This document shows, one piece after another, positions 1 through 9,362 of a stretch of DNA of 64,000 bases (within the stretch, counting starts at the first letter, position 1; each line of letters opens with the position of its first letter). The stretch comes from Euryarchaeota archaeon UBA462 (GTDB taxonomy: Archaea > Thermoplasmatota > Poseidoniia > Poseidoniales > Thalassarchaeaceae). The DNA lies in contig DAYD01000023.1 in the NCBI GenBank assembly GCA_002506755.1, forward strand, positions 16,243-80,242, read 5' to 3'. The notes under the pieces are model-generated. The model was not told the DNA's origin. It saw nothing but the letters and a program-made list of their open reading frames with translations, and ran no database searches. A program made the translations under genes and the position numbers.

Positions 1-1
1 C

Positions 2-3000
2 CTTCCAGAAGGGTACTTGGTAGAGTCCAACCAAGTACTCCATATCCAGGCCGGAACCACGGTTCTCATCGGAGATGGAGAGAGGCTGGGCGTCGATGGC
101 AGGATTTCTATCAAAGGAACAACTGCTTCTCCAGTGAACATCACCTCGATATCCGGCAACCACTTGGGAATATTATTCAACTCCAGCTCTGACAAAAAAG
201 GCTCTGAATTGGATAATGTGACCATTACCGACTCCGAGTATGGGGTCACGATCTACGCAAGTAATCCTAGAATGAGCAACATCACGGTCGTAAATGCCGA
301 CAGAGTCGCCATCGATCTATTTTCGGGAGCATACCCGGTGATCTCCGACCTCGTTATCGAGGGTGGTGGCCAAGACTTGCATGGTTCCTCTGATTCATGG
401 AGGTATGGTATTGGGATATCAGCGGGGGACTTCTCCACCCCTATTGTTCAAAGGGCCCAGATTTCCAATCTCATAACAAGAGGGGTAAACATGTGGTTCA
501 ACTCCGGCGGGCTCTGGAACCAAGTATCTGTGGAGAATGTAACTGGGGCGACATTAGCTGCCAGCTCAGCCTTCTGGATTGAGGACTCAGTCCCTTTGTT
601 CACTGACTCCCAAATCTCAATCTCGGACAACGGAATTATTGTCAGACACATTTCTCAGGATTCAACTACCCGTCCTACTTTCATAAACACAACAATCGAA
701 AATAGCCAATATAGAGGGGTATTGGTAGAGAGATACGATCACACAAACTACTCTAATTTACAGACAAATGCGATTTTCGAAGGGATTGTAATCAGAGGCA
801 CGGGGGGACCAGGTGCAAAGGCTCCCGGGTTGGGAATCGGGGCGGCGTTTGATCTCAACACCTCTGGCGTCAAGGTATCCGACGCACTCATTGAGGAAAA
901 TGACGTAATCGGATTTAGGGCATTCACAACGGACTCATCAACAAACCTGACCAACGTCACAATAAGAAACAACGGACCAGATTCTCCGACCAGAGTTCAT
1001 GAGGGTGCTGGATTACTCTTCAGGAGTACTAGTTGGACCAGCAAGGGTCCAGCTGAAATTTCCAACCTCTTGGTGGAAAACTCAACCGGATCTGGAGTAG
1101 TGATGGCAAAGGGAGGAGTAATTGGAGAAAACTGGGTAATCAGGGATAGCGGGTACAACGGTGTTTCATTTTCCGAGTTTCATCCGAGAGTGGAGCAAAT
1201 TCTTAGCGAAGGAAATAATGGCCACGGCGTATCTGTCATAGACTCAAGTAATGTCGAGCTCTCCTCCGTACACACCTCTGGAAACGGTATTGGGGTATTA
1301 GACGGAGCTGGAATTTATTTCAGAGACTCGAATTACGTCATGAGCGGAGGTAAGAACGTCTCTTGCCATACTTGCACCTCCCAGGGGGACCAAAGGGGAA
1401 TAGTAGCCAAAGACAGCATAGATCTGCAACTAATATCCACCAGTGTGCATGGGTCTCTCAGTGAGCCTGCCGTTGAGATAGACAACACAGGCAGCCTGTT
1501 CTCTGGTTTGGTCATTATCGATGACATGTCTGTGAACTCAAACTCATCTGACTACTCAGTCGTTTTGAACAACGTTGATGCTGAGATCTCCGGCTTGGAC
1601 ATCAGTGGTAATGGGGGAGGTTTGTTTTGGAAAGCAAGTGGCACTGCAGCGTCAAAAATCTCAAACAGCGTAATCTGGGATAGTGAATCGAGTTGCCTGG
1701 ATCTCGTTTCCCATGCAAACCTGTCCGCCAGCGCTGTCTCTTTGATGTGTCATCAATCCTTTCCCACTATAGATGAAAGCATTGTGAGCTTTGTCGACTC
1801 GAGCCTAAACCAATTGCCAGGTGTACAAAATTCATTCTCACTCAATTCCTCTTCCCATCTAAGATGGATCTCCTCCCATGAAATATCTACTCCAAATTCC
1901 ATTGAGGATGACAACATATTGGACATTATGTGGAATCTAGAAATCCACACAATTAACCAGAACCTGATGAACATCCCCATGGCTATGGTAAACATCTCTT
2001 TCGAGAATTATGAGGCAGAAATAATCTCAACCCAGCCTTACGAGGGTTTCCAAACCTACGGGCCATTCATTGGCAAGAGGTGGACACCTGTTCAGGGCTG
2101 GTCAGAAACTAACTCCGCCGAGGTCGGATGCGGCTATGATGGAATGCACAACAGTACAGGAATCTTGGAGATAAATGATGACAAGAGAGTTTACTGTAGG
2201 CTGGAGCTGTCAAACCAGCCCCCGTTCATACATTGGGAGACGCCAATGCAGGATTCGGAGTATTCAAGTGGAAGTACGATAATTTTCAATGCTAGCGAAA
2301 GCTGGGATCTTGATCTGGATGAGCTAACCTATACATGGACTAGTAGCATTGACGGAGATATCGCTGCATCTTGCAATCAAACTCTTAACGGCAACCAATC
2401 GCTAATCATTGCAAATCAAAACTCCTCACTTTGTATTTCAGACGGGAAGCACACAATTACACTGGAGGTTTGTGATTCATATGGGCATTGTACCAACGAG
2501 ACTATGCAAATAGAGTTGGTCAATCTCCCCCCAGTGCTAACCGTTGATACTGATCCTGGTATCTCTCCATGGGGGGTATTATACCTGGGGGAGACTGCAA
2601 ATCTAACCATCAATCTGCAAGGGACATATGATCCAGAGGGGGATGATCTATGGTGTTGGGCAGAAGCCTCTTTCGAGGTGGTAGATCCTGATCCAGAAGA
2701 CCCCTCATGCCCAGAGCAGCTCATAACCTCATTCGTCGGTGCAACAGATGATGACTTTACAGTCACAGTTTTTGCATCAGACGGTACCAACCCACAGGTC
2801 TCTTGGACATTCAGCGTGGAGCTGTACAATGAGCTCCCAAATCCACAGATGATAATAACCAGGAACGGGGATACATCTGCCGACTGGATCAGACTTGATG
2901 GCACTGGATCTCTTGACCCAGAAGGTGATGAAATTAGATATGAGTTCCATAGCGACTTAGACGGACTGTTGGCGGAAGGAATCTCCTCTACTGGTTCAAT

Positions 3001-4531
3001 AGAGTGGATAGGAACCCTGAGCAAGGGAAATCACATCATTACCCTGAAGGCAAGTGATACTAGGGCCGAACATTCAGGTCAGTGGAACCAGGTCTCAGAG
3101 AGTGTCATTGTCTCCAATTCTCTTCCATCTGCAATTATCTCCGCCCCCATCTCTGGAACTTACCTCGACTCGTCCGAATTGGTGAAATTAGAATCCTCTG
3201 GTTCAGGAGATTGGGACCTGTCATGCTCAGACCTAGTAGACAATGGTACGGGACAACTGTGCAACCCCATATCCTCAACCAGCGAGGACCTTGTTTCAAT
3301 AGTGTGGGAATCTGATAAATCCTCCACCCCCTTAGGGGGGGATTGGGCAGTAGAAACACGCCTTCCAGCAGGAGTACATATAATCACGTTGACGCTTGAT
3401 GATGGGAGCGGCCCCGTGACTGACGAAATAGAAATCACAGTCTCAGAATCAGCACCGGTTCTAGATCTAGTTTCTCCCCTTCCCGGAATTGAGGTCTACT
3501 CGAATCTGCCCATTTTGTTTGACTTCAGGGGCTCTATGGATTACGATGGTGATGAATTCACAGTTTCAGTGACTTCAGATCTTATGGGCACTATTTTGCA
3601 AGAAAGGTCGGCCGAACTATGGTACAATGATTACCTGATATCTGGGACGCACAATTTGACATTTGAGCTTGTAGATGAAAATGGTATGACTAGGACCCAC
3701 ACCCAGCAGATCACTGTACTAGAAACAGGCCCTGTTTCAATTATCTCGGGTGTTGGAGACGGACAATACCTGCCTCCTGGACAGATGGCAATACTCACTG
3801 CTGAAAACTCGTACGACTATGATGAAGACATAGTGCTTTACGAATGGATAGTGGATGGAAATGTGGTTAGCAACTCGCAAATATTGGAGATCATGCTTCC
3901 ACCAGGAGCTACTAGGATTGACCTCATGGTAAAGGACTCCAGAGGCGACTACTCTACTTCCTCGGTAAATATCACGGTGGGTTCTAGTGCCCCTAAGTTG
4001 AGTGATTTATCCATCTCTATTTCCAGCATAGTTGAGTCAAGACCCACTGAGGTCGTCACAACCGTGAGGCTCGAGGACCTTGATGGGACAACCGAAATAG
4101 TGAGAGGAGAACTAATCTATGGGGGGGTTTCAGACTCGATGTTTTTCCGAGATGATGGAACTAACGGCGATGAGGTCGCAAGTGACGGTATTTGGACATC
4201 CAGATTCGCTTGGGTAGTTTCCGGTGGATCCTGGGTCAGAGTCGAAGTTTGGGCAATTGATGGGGATCTAGTAAGCCCAGACCAGGTCGCTACCCTGCCG
4301 ATAATAGAGTCAGGCAGCGAAGGTTTAGAATCTTGGATCGTCGATTTGGGACTACCCATCATGCTAACCAGCATGGCACTACTATCCATCTTTGGCTTGG
4401 CAAACCGGAGAAATAGAATATCGGAGATTGCTAAGGATATCGAGGTAATCGAGGGATGGTCTTCTTTCGATCCAATGGAGATGGAAGAGGGCTCTGAACC
4501 AGAGTTCAATTCTCAGGTCCCCAAGCAGTGA
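2..4531 (+). CDS. Giant cell-surface protein, 5' end cut by the window edge: parallel beta-helix (PbH1/NosD-like) region, tandem PKD/cadherin-like repeats, C-terminal TM anchor
   Basis: The frame stays open back to nt 2, and the track start at 17 is a TTG. The N-terminal half has beta-helix-like short repeats. There are repeats with acidic loops (WDLDLDELTYTW, YDPEGDDLWCW, LDPEGDEIRYEF, MDYDGDEFTVS, YDYDEDIVLYEW). A hydrophobic LPIMLTSMALLSIFGLA followed by NRRNR lies near the C-terminus. N-x-S/T sequons are numerous. Confidence 0.7.
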   Translation, partial: LPEGYLVESNQVLHIQAGTTVLIGDGERLGVDGRISIKGTTASPVNITSISGNHLGILFNSSSDKKGSELDNVTITDSEYGVTIYASNPRMSNITVVNADRVAIDLFSGAYPVISDLVIEGGGQDLHGSSDSWRYGIGISAGDFSTPIVQRAQISNLITRGVNMWFNSGGLWNQVSVENVTGATLAASSAFWIEDSVPLFTDSQISISDNGIIVRHISQDSTTRPTFINTTIENSQYRGVLVERYDHTNYSNLQTNAIFEGIVIRGTGGPGAKAPGLGIGAAFDLNTSGVKVSDALIEENDVIGFRAFTTDSSTNLTNVTIRNNGPDSPTRVHEGAGLLFRSTSWTSKGPAEISNLLVENSTGSGVVMAKGGVIGENWVIRDSGYNGVSFSEFHPRVEQILSEGNNGHGVSVIDSSNVELSSVHTSGNGIGVLDGAGIYFRDSNYVMSGGKNVSCHTCTSQGDQRGIVAKDSIDLQLISTSVHGSLSEPAVEIDNTGSLFSGLVIIDDMSVNSNSSDYSVVLNNVDAEISGLDISGNGGGLFWKASGTAASKISNSVIWDSESSCLDLVSHANLSASAVSLMCHQSFPTIDESIVSFVDSSLNQLPGVQNSFSLNSSSHLRWISSHEISTPNSIEDDNILDIMWNLEIHTINQNLMNIPMAMVNISFENYEAEIISTQPYEGFQTYGPFIGKRWTPVQGWSETNSAEVGCGYDGMHNSTGILEINDDKRVYCRLELSNQPPFIHWETPMQDSEYSSGSTIIFNASESWDLDLDELTYTWTSSIDGDIAASCNQTLNGNQSLIIANQNSSLCISDGKHTITLEVCDSYGHCTNETMQIELVNLPPVLTVDTDPGISPWGVLYLGETANLTINLQGTYDPEGDDLWCWAEASFEVVDPDPEDPSCPEQLITSFVGATDDDFTVTVFASDGTNPQVSWTFSVELYNELPNPQMIITRNGDTSADWIRLDGTGSLDPEGDEIRYEFHSDLDGLLAEGISSTGSIEWIGTLSKGNHIITLKASDTRAEHSGQWNQVSESVIVSNSLPSAIISAPISGTYLDSSELVKLESSGSGDWDLSCSDLVDNGTGQLCNPISSTSEDLVSIVWESDKSSTPLGGDWAVETRLPAGVHIITLTLDDGSGPVTDEIEITVSESAPVLDLVSPLPGIEVYSNLPILFDFRGSMDYDGDEFTVSVTSDLMGTILQERSAELWYNDYLISGTHNLTFELVDENGMTRTHTQQITVLETGPVSIISGVGDGQYLPPGQMAILTAENSYDYDEDIVLYEWIVDGNVVSNSQILEIMLPPGATRIDLMVKDSRGDYSTSSVNITVGSSAPKLSDLSISISSIVESRPTEVVTTVRLEDLDGTTEIVRGELIYGGVSDSMFFRDDGTNGDEVASDGIWTSRFAWVVSGGSWVRVEVWAIDGDLVSPDQVATLPIIESGSEGLESWIVDLGLPIMLTSMALLSIFGLANRRNRISEIAKDIEVIEGWSSFDPMEMEEGSEPEFNSQVPKQ

Positions 4532-5240
4532 CCTGTCTGTTCACCCCGATTCTCTTGGCAAACAGGAATTTGAAGTTCTTCCATCCATCTCCCCAGGTGT
4601 TTATTTCCGCCTGGCCAACTCGAGTGCGGTATGGGACAGATACCTCAATCGCTTTCTCTTTTCCGATGTGTTTCCTAGCATTGATCTTCATCTCCTCGGA
4701 CAAAGGCATACCGTCGTTTGTAGGCCTCATCTTCGAGTCTTCGAATATACTCTTTCTGAAAACCCACATTCCTGATTGTGAGTCGTGAATGCCATTCCAG
4801 AACAACATCCTGGATGTGAAAGAGAGTGCCCAGTTGCCAAAACCGTGAAGCCCTGACATCGACCCTTTCTCCGCCCTCTTCAACCTGTCACAGGTGATGA
4901 ATTCCAAATCTTCCTCAAGCAACTGCCTCACTAATCCTGGGACTTCCTCACCCGGATAAGTGCAGTCTGCATCCATGGTGACAATAATGTCTCCATTAGC
5001 CATCGCAAAACCGGTCCTGTATGCTCTGCCATATCCCCTTCTAGGCTCAAGATATACCTCAGCACCCTCCTTCTCAGCCAATTCTCTCGTTCTATCGCTG
5101 GAATTTCCATCGATAATCAGAAAGTCCAGACTGTTGCACCACCCATTATCTGGAACGCTTCTGATAGTGTCGACTATTGCCTCCTCCTCGTTCCTAGTGG
5201 GAATTACCACTGTTACGCTGACAGGAAGAACGTCACCCAT
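4506..5240 (-). CDS. Family 2 glycosyltransferase (dolichyl-phosphate sugar transferase-like)
   Basis: ATG at 5240. GT-A motifs VVIPTRNEEEAI, IIDGNSSDRT and TMDADCTYP (DxD) are present. The 3' end overlaps the convergent surface-protein gene by 26 nt. Confidence 0.8.
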   Translation of the reverse strand: MGDVLPVSVTVVIPTRNEEEAIVDTIRSVPDNGWCNSLDFLIIDGNSSDRTRELAEKEGAEVYLEPRRGYGRAYRTGFAMANGDIIVTMDADCTYPGEEVPGLVRQLLEEDLEFITCDRLKRAEKGSMSGLHGFGNWALSFTSRMLFWNGIHDSQSGMWVFRKSIFEDSKMRPTNDGMPLSEEMKINARKHIGKEKAIEVSVPYRTRVGQAEINTWGDGWKNFKFLFAKRIGVNRQVTAWGPEN

Positions 5241-5340
5241 ATTTTAACGCCATTATGGAGGTATTTTTGAACCATTGTGAAGTTAATTTGCTCCCGTTTT
5301 CTTCAATAATGCGACCCCAGACCGGTTTATGGGGCGGTAG

Positions 5341-6579
5341 ATGCACATAGCAATGATCTCTGGAGAATATCCGCCAAGATGGGGCGGAATGGGTACAACG
5401 GTGTACCATCTTTCATCCAGACTCGCCGAGATGGGCCATAAGATCTCAGTCATAACACGGAGATTCCCTGGTGAGGCTCCAAAGGTGGATAATGTCGAGA
5501 TAATTCAAGTCCCTTGGGTAAAAATTCCAATGGCATTCACCAGGTCATTCGGACGCACTTCTCTCAAGGCGCTAATGAAAAAGCACGCCCAGGAAAAAGT
5601 GGATGTTGTCCATCTCCACTGCCCAATGGCATCTTGGAGCGAAAGTCAGTTTGAAAAATGCCAGCGAGAAGTTGCTCCAGTTGTTGTTTCAATGCATGGA
5701 ACGTGGAAGGGCGAGAGAGACGGTCTGATGCTGGCTGCGAGATACGGAGAACCAGCCGTTTGGTCAAATCCCAATGACATTGCAATCCGATATCTGGCTG
5801 GTAGATACTCAAAATTTGAAAATTCTGCTATTAGGAAAGCTACGGTAATTGTCCCAAACTCAGTGGCTACGATGGAAGATCTGGTAAAAAGATACGATGC
5901 CCCTGAGATGTGGGACTGCCAAGTAGTTCACTGGGGCGTTGATACACACATGTTTTCTCCACCGCACGGAGATAGCGAGGACGAAGTGCATAGAAACAGG
6001 CAGATTCGGGAAAAGTACTCCATTCCGAATGAAGCTATCCTTATTCTTGCAGTGGGTAGGCTTGCAGCGAGAAAGGGCCATGGGATGCTAATAAGAGCCT
6101 TCTCTAAGGTTCTGGAGAAGGCAAGTGCGCACTTGGTCATAATTGGCAGAGGTTCGTTGAAGGGCAGACTAACCCGTTTGGCATCCAATCTGGGTATTGG
6201 TGATAATATTTCCATTGAATCAAGCATGGACTTCCAGAGTATTGCCGAGATGTACCGACATGCAGACCTCGTGGCCTATCCTAGTTATTATGAGGGCCAA
6301 GGATTGATTCCTCTAGAGGCAATGGCAAGCTCTACTCCAGTTGTTACGGTGAATCACGGTCCATTGCCCGAGATGGTTGACCAGAGTGTCGGAGCCCTAT
6401 ACGAGATGGGTTCCGAAGACTCACTAGCTAAAACAATATTATCGGAGATTTCCTACAAATCGAACCTTGTTGAAAAAGGGTCAAATGGAAGAAAAAGAGT
6501 ATTATCCGATTTCAATCTAGACGGTAATGCCAAAGATTTCCTCAAGATATACGAGCGTGCTTTGGACTCAGCGAAATAA
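5341..6579 (+). CDS. Family 1/4 (GT-B) glycosyltransferase
   Basis: ATG start. N-terminal IAMISGEYPPRWGG and C-terminal YYEGQGLIPLEAMASSTPVV (E-x7-E motif) are present. Confidence 0.8.
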   Translation: MHIAMISGEYPPRWGGMGTTVYHLSSRLAEMGHKISVITRRFPGEAPKVDNVEIIQVPWVKIPMAFTRSFGRTSLKALMKKHAQEKVDVVHLHCPMASWSESQFEKCQREVAPVVVSMHGTWKGERDGLMLAARYGEPAVWSNPNDIAIRYLAGRYSKFENSAIRKATVIVPNSVATMEDLVKRYDAPEMWDCQVVHWGVDTHMFSPPHGDSEDEVHRNRQIREKYSIPNEAILILAVGRLAARKGHGMLIRAFSKVLEKASAHLVIIGRGSLKGRLTRLASNLGIGDNISIESSMDFQSIAEMYRHADLVAYPSYYEGQGLIPLEAMASSTPVVTVNHGPLPEMVDQSVGALYEMGSEDSLAKTILSEISYKSNLVEKGSNGRKRVLSDFNLDGNAKDFLKIYERALDSAK

Positions 6580-6617
6580 GGGGAAACTCTTGATTGCTAT
6601 TCCCCCCTCGGGGGGTT

Positions 6618-7694
6618 ATGTCAGACGCTAATGCAAGCTCTAGGAGGTCAAAGAGCGCAATAGCTGCGAACTTTTCGATAATCATACTAGTATCTTACTT
6701 GGTGCTTGTCAATCTCAAGCCCATACTGATGCCGCTGGCCATTGCAATTCTGATATACTTCCTGATCAGGTCCCCCGAACAGTACCTTATCGGGAGGTAC
6801 GAGTTTGTCGCTAAATTCCCATTGATGGCCTATGCAATTATCCTACTATCTGGCTCATTGGTGACATATGCGGTTTCCATCCTGCTATACAACAATATTG
6901 ACGAATTCATCAACGAGGTAAATTCTCCAGACGGTCTCGGAGACCAATTTAATCAGAAATGGGAAGCTCTCGGCGATTACAATCTATACGGCCTAGAGGA
7001 TTTTATTACCAGCCAGCAAACAATTGAGAATCTGCTCGATCCAGAAACGGTAGAGGCATTTGTAACTGCAATACTAGCTGATTTAGCCTCATTCATGACA
7101 ACCATGGTCACGGTGGCAATATTCGTAATATTCTTGGTAATGGAGGAAAAGAGCCTTCCGGGAAGGATGAAGGCAGCTTTCCCAGAGTCATTCTCTAGTC
7201 TGGAGAAAATCGTTTCAAACTCATCAGAATCGATTTCCACATATGTCATTTCGAAAGCCACATGTAGCCTTGGACAAGCAATTTTACTGGCCCTGATGCT
7301 ATACATAGCGGGCATTCCCGGCTGGTTCCTATTCGGGACGCTTTGCTTCTTGCTCGATTTCATCCCAGTTCTCGGGGCCATCCTCGCAACAATCCCGCCG
7401 TTAATTATCGCGTTAATCGTTCTTGATCCATGGCAAGCCCTAGTTCTCGGAGTGGCAATGTTAGCCAATCAGCAATTGTTTGGGTCCATAATAGAGCCAA
7501 ACCTTTCCGGTCAGAGGCTGGGAATATCCCCTCTGGTACTAGTATTGACAGTTATGGTTTCTGCATCGGTATGGGGCATCTCGGGAGCAATAATCGGAGT
7601 TCCAATCATGATAATAGCGAGAATAGCTCTCGAAGAGGACGAGAGAACAAGGCCGTTAGCCATGATGCTAGCGAAGAGTGCCCCAGAAGATTAG
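6618..7694 (+). CDS. AI-2E/PerM (UPF0118) family permease
   Basis: Multi-TM protein with the family-typical C-terminal block EPNLSGQRLGISPLVLVLTVMVSASVWGISGAIIGVPI. The first ATG is at 6618; the track start at 6594 is a TTG. Confidence 0.7.
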   Translation: MSDANASSRRSKSAIAANFSIIILVSYLVLVNLKPILMPLAIAILIYFLIRSPEQYLIGRYEFVAKFPLMAYAIILLSGSLVTYAVSILLYNNIDEFINEVNSPDGLGDQFNQKWEALGDYNLYGLEDFITSQQTIENLLDPETVEAFVTAILADLASFMTTMVTVAIFVIFLVMEEKSLPGRMKAAFPESFSSLEKIVSNSSESISTYVISKATCSLGQAILLALMLYIAGIPGWFLFGTLCFLLDFIPVLGAILATIPPLIIALIVLDPWQALVLGVAMLANQQLFGSIIEPNLSGQRLGISPLVLVLTVMVSASVWGISGAIIGVPIMIIARIALEEDERTRPLAMMLAKSAPED

Positions 7695-8300
7695 CTATTT
7701 CCTAAAGACGACTGCAAGGACCCCCGTCGATTTTATGGAAACACATTTTCCAACGCCTTCGTTGCTCAGACCCCTGGTAGAAAGTGCCAATTGCTCGCCG
7801 GAAATTTCCCACTTTGCCCCCTCTACCCAAACCATGGCTGGCTCAAGTGCGAACACCGAGAACGTAGAGCCACTCTCCATGTTAATTTCCAATTCTCCTT
7901 CAGACGGATGGATCCTCTGTGTGACTCCCCCCTCGTGATGAAGTCTGATCGAAACCCCTCCCGGAGCCTCGAATAAAGCGGCCCAGTTTCCGAGGATATG
8001 GTCTGGAGAACCTCCATCCACCCCTACAACCTCAATCTGTTCGAACCCTCTTTCTACTAGTAGAGAGATAGATTTTACAAGATCGCTGCTCGACTGATCA
8101 GGTAGTGGAACCACGCCCCCATCCCACGAATTGACGTCAATTGAATCGAGGTCACCGATAGCCTCAACGACCTGATAACCATTTTCAATGGCATTTAGCG
8201 CTCCACCATCAACCCCGTACACAGAGTCACCCGGTAGAATAGCAGATTCCAATACCTCCTTGGAGGGGATGGATCCATTGCACCAAAGGACTGCTCTCAC
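7695..8300 (-). CDS. Thiamine pyrophosphokinase (TPK/THI80 family)
   Basis: Motifs GDLDS, DQSSSDLVKS and GVDGGSPDHILGNW are present. GTG start at 8300 is preceded by AGGTGA, 8 nt after the upstream gene's stop. Confidence 0.7.
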   Translation of the reverse strand: MRAVLWCNGSIPSKEVLESAILPGDSVYGVDGGALNAIENGYQVVEAIGDLDSIDVNSWDGGVVPLPDQSSSDLVKSISLLVERGFEQIEVVGVDGGSPDHILGNWAALFEAPGGVSIRLHHEGGVTQRIHPSEGELEINMESGSTFSVFALEPAMVWVEGAKWEISGEQLALSTRGLSNEGVGKCVSIKSTGVLAVVFRK

Positions 8301-8308
8301 ATTCTCAC

Positions 8309-9328
8309 CTATCGAAAAGAGAGCTTCCCTTCCGAGAGTAGCGTAATTTCTTCGAGTGAGACCTCAGGACTCCTCATAACTCCTCTCTGATGTATCCCTA
8401 CTCTTGCCTTGCCCCCTATGTGAGTGTTGTCCCCGAAACCAAAGTATGCCGAGCCCCTCACGACGAGGTCCTCTACCTTATTCCCAATTAGGTAAGTTGC
8501 CTTGGGGTTCATACCGAATCCGAACTCGGCAACAGTCCAGGCCAAGTCCCTTTTTGTGCTTCTGATACCTTCTTTGGCTTGTTCGTACAACGATTTTATG
8601 TCATCGGCGAGAGTTCCCCCCGATACATCAACCACTATCCCGTTCTCGACTTGGAATGACACGGGGTCGCTTAGAAGATCTCCCTGCCAGGACCCGTCAA
8701 TTACAATTCTCCCACTCATAGTGCCCTCTTTTGGTAGGACGAAAACCTTCCCCGCTGGAAGGTTGGAAACCTGTTGGGGCCTGTTGCAAATCCCATTATC
8801 CTCAAGCACCCACCTCCCACCTGTTAGGAATTCCACATCCGTTCCTGTTTGTGTTTTTACTCTCACCCTTCTTTTCCTTCTGAAGACAGTCCTCATGCTG
8901 CTAATCTCCCTCTGCAATGCATTGTAGTCCGCAGTCATTCCTCCCGACTCAAAGACCGCCCTGCTTATACCGGGCATCGATACTATCCTCGCACCTTCTT
9001 TTGTGGCCTGCTGTCTCGCTCTAGTGTGGGTGAGCGAATCCTTTGTCGCAATTATGATCACCCTGTTTTTCCTCATGATGTCCGCCACTGGAAGTGGTGG
9101 TTCCTTTCCGGGCTTTTGAGTTGGTGGCATCATTACCAGGAGTATTCTATCGGTCACTCTAGCGGCCTCCTCATATATTGATTGGCCAATCTCAGAGGTC
9201 TCTGGATCCGTGATTACTAGGACGTCTTCCTCCCTTCGGACCTGAAGACAGGTTCGAACTACAGATCTGGCAGTCGCGAGCATTGCCTCTGATGACCCAG
9301 AAGATTCGGTTCCACCATCAGCCTCCAT
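8309..9328 (-). CDS. Aminopeptidase, M29/AmpS-like (COG2309-type)
   Basis: ATG at 9328. Overall resemblance to thermophilic metalloaminopeptidase family members (VLVITDPET..., FGFGMNP..., GFGDNTHIGG). The family assignment is from memory. Confidence 0.5.
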   Translation of the reverse strand: MEADGGTESSGSSEAMLATARSVVRTCLQVRREEDVLVITDPETSEIGQSIYEEAARVTDRILLVMMPPTQKPGKEPPLPVADIMRKNRVIIIATKDSLTHTRARQQATKEGARIVSMPGISRAVFESGGMTADYNALQREISSMRTVFRRKRRVRVKTQTGTDVEFLTGGRWVLEDNGICNRPQQVSNLPAGKVFVLPKEGTMSGRIVIDGSWQGDLLSDPVSFQVENGIVVDVSGGTLADDIKSLYEQAKEGIRSTKRDLAWTVAEFGFGMNPKATYLIGNKVEDLVVRGSAYFGFGDNTHIGGKARVGIHQRGVMRSPEVSLEEITLLSEGKLSFR

Positions 9329-9362
9329 TGTGCAGGCGTGGATGGGGCCCAGTATTGATACT

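Noticed and set aside
2416-3024. 202-aa minus-strand ORF inside the giant surface-protein gene
   Set aside because: It is antisense to a frame with repeated PKD-like motifs. It has a Ser/Pro-rich shadow composition and no start context.
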